Shown here: in pieces, positions 58,769 to 64,000 of the stretch | Numbering within the stretch: position 1 is the first letter of the stretch | Layout of the letters: each line of letters begins with the position of its first letter | NCBI GenBank assembly: GCA_963715865.1 | Contig: OY970280.1 | Span: 1,184,001-1,248,000, forward strand | From: Candidatus Bathyarchaeota archaeon | GTDB taxonomy: Archaea > Thermoproteota > Bathyarchaeia > Bathyarchaeales > Bathycorpusculaceae | Reading direction: 5' to 3' | Length of the DNA stretch: 64,000 nt | The notes under the pieces: model-generated | What the model was told of the DNA's origin: nothing | The model's input: only the letters and a program-made list of their open reading frames with translations | The model's database searches: none | Position numbers and translations under genes: made by a program

Positions 58769-60985
58769 ATGGTTAATTCGCCACCGCATCGTGCACGAGG
58801 CGTAAAAGTACTCAAAGCCGTTTCTTCACCTCTCAGACTACAAATCCTAAATTTACTATTCGATAAAAGCGCTCTATCTTACACTGAATTAATGAACCAA
58901 CTAAAAATGAACCCAAGCAGAGACGCGGGCAGATTTGCCTACCACCTAAAATTCATGCTAAAAGCAGACTTGGTTGAGGCAGATGTTGAAGCAAAAAAAT
59001 ACTACTTAACTGACATGGGCAAAATGGTCCTTGACGTAGCCGACCGCATCGAAAAGAAAGCTGTTAAACCAAGAGGAATGCTTGTCCGCACATCCCATTT
59101 AACACTGGAAGAATTCGACGCAAACAAAATAGCAAATTCACTCATAAAAGAAGCCAAAGTTCCAGCAGAACTAGCACAGAAAGCGGCTAAAGAAGCTGAA
59201 AAACGCCTAATCAAATCAAAAACAAAATACCTCACAGCCTCCCTAATCAGGGAAGTAGTGAATGGCATTTTGGTTGAGAAGGGTTATGAAGATTACCGCC
59301 ATAAACTTACAAGAGTCGGAATGCCCGTACACGAGGTAACCGCTTCATTAGAAGCAAAAGACACAGCCGAAGACTCAGCAGCCATACTTACAAGAGCAGG
59401 CCAAACCGTCCTAGGCGAGTACACGTTGCTTAACATTTTCCCAAGAGACATAGCTGATGCTCACCTCTCAGGAGCTATCCACATTGATGGGTTAGGCACA
59501 TGGATTTTAAAACCAAACGAGGTCATCCATGACCTAAGGTTTTTCTTCCAAAACGGCCTCAAACTTGACAATCCGCTCCAAATTTCAATGGAACCGCCGA
59601 GCAGCTTTGAATCGGCGTTGGCAATTACCTTCAACGTTCTCTTGCATGCCAGCAAAGAAACAAACCGAATGCAAACCTGCAATTACTTCAACGTTTTTCT
59701 CGCTCCCTTTGCAAAAGGCGCTGAAACGGCAAGAACAAAGGAAAACTTACGCTTGTTCATACTAAACTTGAACCAGCATGCTGAAGCTACTTTGGGGCTT
59801 GAGCTTTCAATTCCAAAATTAACCGCGGAAAAAGAAGCCATTGGTCCTCAAGGAAAAATAAATGGCAAGTACGGCGACTTCGCCCAAGAAAGCCAACTGC
59901 TCGCATCACTTATCATTGATGTCTTTACGGAAGAGAGTACCCATAAACCACTGCTAAACCCAAAACTAGTCATAAAAATTAACAATACTGTTTTAGCTGA
60001 CGAAAACGCTAAAGCGGTTCTCCTCAAAGCCCAGCGTCTCGCGGCTGAAGGAGGAACCCCATACTTTGCTAACATGACAAAGAAGGAAGGCGAACAAGTG
60101 GCTTTTTCCGCTTCCGGAGTTAAACTTGCGCCGGACTTAACTGGAGACTGGGAAACCGACACCCTGAGGACAGGTTGTCTTGGTTTTGTAACAATTAATT
60201 TGCCAAGAATTGTTCAAGAGAGTGAGAAGGACAAAAACAAGTTTTTCGATTTGGTAAGGGAACGTTTTGAACTTGCTGCCCGCGCCTTAGGAATAAAAAA
60301 TAATGCTCTCAAGCAATTTGGGAAAAACGTGTTGCCGTTCCTGATGAAAAAAGCCAACGGGGACTTTTATTTCAGGCTAGAAAACTGCTCGCGGATAATT
60401 AATTTGGCTGGTTTCCGAGAAGCCGTGGAGGCTTTCACTGAAAAAGACATTAACTCAGAGGAAAGCCGCAAGTTTGCCGAGGAAATCATTCAGAATATTT
60501 TGGCTTTCAAGCAGAAGGTCGGCAGGAAACATGGAAAACGCTTGTACCCTGTTATACTTAGCAGTTCCGAAGCATCTGAAAGGCTCGCTCAATTGGATAT
60601 TGAGAAATATGGTGTAGCCAAAGTGAAGTTTTCGGGAACAAGAGAAAAGCCCTTTTACTCAACCGCTAAAAGATTCCAAGTTAAAGCTGGCGAAACCCTG
60701 TCTATACCGCCTGAAACGTTAGAGACGGCGCAAAAAATGAAAGGGTTGAACGCCGGCGGAACCTTAGAAATCATAGAGTTGGAAGACGCTGAATTTAAGC
60801 CGGAAGCGCTAATGGATTTGACCAGGCGCTTAATTGAAAATCAATCCTTGGAATTCTTCACTTACAACCGGATAATTAGTTTCTGTGAAAACTGCAAAAA
60901 AAGCTGGTTCGGAACCTTGCATAAATGCCCATCCTGCGGCTCCATGAGCACACTGGCAACGTTTGACAGGTTCGCCTCAACTTGA
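58769..60985 (+). CDS. ArsR-like wHTH + ATP-cone + NrdD (class III RNR)-fold fusion lacking catalytic motifs
   Basis: wHTH at about aa 10-95; ATP cone 'EEFDANKIANSL...LIREVV'; NrdD-like 'HLSGAIHI', 'DTLRTG..TINLPR', 'LAQLD'; C-terminal CxxC..CxxC followed by 'DRFAST*' instead of RxxGY. Confidence 0.85.
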   Translation: MVNSPPHRARGVKVLKAVSSPLRLQILNLLFDKSALSYTELMNQLKMNPSRDAGRFAYHLKFMLKADLVEADVEAKKYYLTDMGKMVLDVADRIEKKAVKPRGMLVRTSHLTLEEFDANKIANSLIKEAKVPAELAQKAAKEAEKRLIKSKTKYLTASLIREVVNGILVEKGYEDYRHKLTRVGMPVHEVTASLEAKDTAEDSAAILTRAGQTVLGEYTLLNIFPRDIADAHLSGAIHIDGLGTWILKPNEVIHDLRFFFQNGLKLDNPLQISMEPPSSFESALAITFNVLLHASKETNRMQTCNYFNVFLAPFAKGAETARTKENLRLFILNLNQHAEATLGLELSIPKLTAEKEAIGPQGKINGKYGDFAQESQLLASLIIDVFTEESTHKPLLNPKLVIKINNTVLADENAKAVLLKAQRLAAEGGTPYFANMTKKEGEQVAFSASGVKLAPDLTGDWETDTLRTGCLGFVTINLPRIVQESEKDKNKFFDLVRERFELAARALGIKNNALKQFGKNVLPFLMKKANGDFYFRLENCSRIINLAGFREAVEAFTEKDINSEESRKFAEEIIQNILAFKQKVGRKHGKRLYPVILSSSEASERLAQLDIEKYGVAKVKFSGTREKPFYSTAKRFQVKAGETLSIPPETLETAQKMKGLNAGGTLEIIELEDAEFKPEALMDLTRRLIENQSLEFFTYNRIISFCENCKKSWFGTLHKCPSCGSMSTLATFDRFAST

Positions 60986-60989
60986 AATC

Positions 60990-61919
<930 letters not shown>

Positions 61920-62101
61920 CTAAAAACAAGAAAGCCGTTAACTGCTAAATAACACTTTGTATGCCGAAAGCACGCTTTTTTCCCTTGCATGTTAGTGCTT
62001 ATATGCTTTTGTTGTTGCTTAGCGACTGTAACACACTTTTAATAATGAGACTTGAGTAATAATATTTCAATTCAGGTTAGCAACTTTGAAGGCGTTTTTT
62101 A

Positions 62102-62299
62102 TTGGAAGCAATTTTAAAACAACTTTCCAAACGAGAAAGCCCTAAAGAAATTGTTAATTCACGTGAATACATGCCGCGAGTGTATGAAGTTCGGGCACCG
62201 TGTCAGTGGCTTAAACATTGTTATGATGGCAAATGTCCAGCATTCGTAAGGCTTAACGGAAACTTTTACTGCGCGCGTGCCAAACAAAACCATAGCTAA
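62102..62299 (+). CDS. Small Cys-rich hypothetical protein
   Basis: 65 aa, TTG start, 'CQWLKHC..GKC...YC'. Confidence 0.4.
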   Translation: MEAILKQLSKRESPKEIVNSREYMPRVYEVRAPCQWLKHCYDGKCPAFVRLNGNFYCARAKQNHS

Positions 62300-62374
62300 A
62301 ACACTGCTTTCATTGAAAACTATTAACTGCAGTTTTATCCGTAACCGGCTAAAATGTAACTAATTTGAATAGCA

Positions 62375-63286
62375 TCAGCTCTTCAACGCTGCTATTGCTT
62401 CTTTAACTACGGCAACTGACTTTCCAAAGCGCTCTCTTGTTTGATCTGATAATTCTAGCTCAATTATTTTTTCAACCCCGTATTTTCCAAGTACCACTGG
62501 CACGCCAATTGAAACGTTTGAAAATCCGTATTCACCATCAAGGCATGTGGATACGCTCATAACTCGATTTCTTCCCGTTAGAATTGCATCGGCAGTTATG
62601 GCGATTACAACGGCAGGAGCATAAACCGTTGAGCCTTTCAATTGAATAACATCTAAACCTGATGTTACCGTTAAATGCACTATTTTTTCAATCTGCTCTT
62701 TAGTAAGTAAGTTTGTTATTGGAATGCCTGAAACAGAGGCGTATTCAACCAGTGGAACCATAGAATCGCCATGTTCACCGATCACCAAAGCACGCGTATC
62801 TTCTCTTGAAACGTTCAATTCATTAGCGATGTATGTTCTAAAGCGCATTGTATCGAGGATGTTGCCCATGCCGAATAAGCGGCTGCGTGGAAAACCTGAT
62901 TCTTGGAAGGCAACGTAAGTCATTATGTCAACGGGGTTTGTTACAATCATAAGCTTGCAGTCTGGGGCGTATTTGACGACTTCTTTTACGACGGATTTGA
63001 CGATTTGCGCATTAGTATTCATGAGGTCAATACGAGTCATGTCTGGTCTTCTTCCCAAACCAGCGATAACGATTACCAATTCGGACCCGCGCATTTCTTT
63101 AAAGTCGCTGGTTCCGCGGATATTGCCATCAAATTCGATGGCTGGTGCAGCCTGCATCATGTCAAGGGCTTCGCCTTTTGCTTGGTTTTCATTTAGGTCA
63201 ATTAACACTACGTCGCTTATTTTATAGCGTAGAATATCGAAGGCGGCTGCGCTTCCTACTTTGCCAGCGCCAATTATAGCTATCAT
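62375..63286 (-). CDS. mdh: Malate dehydrogenase (LDH-like)
   Basis: 'GAGKVG', 'GRRPDMTRIDL' (Arg at the specificity position), 'VTNPVD', 'GEHGDS'. Confidence 0.9.
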   Translation of the reverse strand: MIAIIGAGKVGSAAAFDILRYKISDVVLIDLNENQAKGEALDMMQAAPAIEFDGNIRGTSDFKEMRGSELVIVIAGLGRRPDMTRIDLMNTNAQIVKSVVKEVVKYAPDCKLMIVTNPVDIMTYVAFQESGFPRSRLFGMGNILDTMRFRTYIANELNVSREDTRALVIGEHGDSMVPLVEYASVSGIPITNLLTKEQIEKIVHLTVTSGLDVIQLKGSTVYAPAVVIAITADAILTGRNRVMSVSTCLDGEYGFSNVSIGVPVVLGKYGVEKIIELELSDQTRERFGKSVAVVKEAIAALKS

Positions 63287-63423
63287 GGGTAATTACCTAC
63301 TATTTGATACATAATTGATATACGCTCTTTTCAATTTTAACAAGACCTATTCACCGAATACATTAGATCTTAATATGTACTCGGTAATTAAAAAAGAAAC
63401 AATTTTGATGCAAAGTTCTTACA

Positions 63424-63630
63424 TCATCTTGCGAGAACTCTCTTTACTACTGGCGGTTTCGTCTTCTTTAAAACTCTGTATCCGCATACGATACATTTGA
63501 TTTCGCCGTTTCTCTCCTCTATGTTTTCGCCCATCGTGGTTGCTCCGCACCGAAGGCACTCGTAAGGTTGATTGCTTCCCCAATTGCTACGTGGACTTCT
63601 ATTAGATTCGAACATGTTCAAATTTTCCAT
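63424..63630 (-). CDS. rpoP: DNA-directed RNA polymerase subunit P (Rpo12)
   Basis: 'YECLRCG..IKCIVCGYRVLKK.KPPVVK'; start may be at 63615. Confidence 0.85.
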   Translation of the reverse strand: MENLNMFESNRSPRSNWGSNQPYECLRCGATTMGENIEERNGEIKCIVCGYRVLKKTKPPVVKRVLAR

Positions 63631-63668
63631 TTTTTTTCATATCATTACTTAAGCAATTATTTACCATC

Positions 63669-63815
63669 CTACTTATGCCTACCTTTCTTATACTTCCCCA
63701 TGCCACAATCAAGACACTTAACGACATCTTCATCTTCTTCAAGGCGAGTGCTACCACAATAAGAACACCTTGGACATAAAACGTTATTCCAGTTTTTCAC
63801 AGGTTGTTTATTCAT
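63669..63815 (-). CDS. 48-aa zinc-ribbon protein
   Basis: Manual translation MNKQPVKNWNNVLCPRCSYCGSTRLEEDEDVVKCLDCGMGKYKKGRHK*. Confidence 0.55.
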   Translation of the reverse strand: MNKQPVKNWNNVLCPRCSYCGSTRLEEDEDVVKCLDCGMGKYKKGRHK

Positions 63816-63865
63816 CTTATTTATATTTTATTTACCTTATTTTGGTGTTTGGCTATTTCTCCTTC

Positions 63866-64000
63866 CTATTTTTTGGCAAGTGCTATGCGATAGTTTGCGT
63901 ATATTTCTGCTTGGGTAAGCCCGTAAAACTCTGCGTATGCCTGCACGCGTGCTTTCTTGTTTTCAAGGCATTCAGGATTAATACAGGTGTACTCGCCACA
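63866..64000 (-). CDS. C-terminal part of a Cys-containing protein running off the window edge
   Basis: Open frame ...CGEYTCINPECLENKKARVQAYAEFYGLTQAEIYANYRIALAKK*. Confidence 0.45.
   Translation of the reverse strand, partial: CGEYTCINPECLENKKARVQAYAEFYGLTQAEIYANYRIALAKK

Noticed and set aside
60940-60985. Loss of the NrdD glycyl motif as a simple truncation or sequencing error
   Set aside because: The frame is intact through the Zn site, the motif position is substituted rather than cut off, and the two Cys sites far upstream are also changed.

Overview
Archaeal chromosomal segment, most consistent with Candidatus Bathyarchaeia (TACK). This assignment is inferred from gene content and protein style: archaeal rpoP, fibrillarin/Nop5, EndA, TpiA, a Bathyarchaeia-style PQQ-like beta-propeller surface protein and TrmB-CBS. 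It is mostly intact housekeeping genes (hisS, glnA, EF-2-like, lig, nadA, tpiA, rnhB, flpA, nop5, pyrB, mdh, rpoP), plus several GT-C glycosyltransferases, a NikR-controlled nickel uptake operon and one tRNA-Asp(GTC) with a 29-nt D-loop intron. Small decayed accessory patches lie at about 19.5-21.7, 25.6-27.0 and 29.3-29.6 kb. No CRISPR array, rRNA or intact mobile element was seen. Strongest oddities: (1) a wHTH + ATP-cone + class III RNR (NrdD)-fold fusion that lacks the glycyl-radical Gly and both expected catalytic Cys, i.e. a candidate pseudo-enzyme nucleotide-sensing transcription factor; (2) a palindromic TACTACGTACAT element that recurs between genes, brackets a divergent EF-2 paralogue, and whose core also recurs inside coding sequence; (3) a 7TM + wHTH pair divergent from a large surface beta-propeller gene, with palindromes in the shared promoter region; (4) a second glnA broken by two compensating 1-bp indels. 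Family assignments come from motif recognition from memory; no database searches were run.
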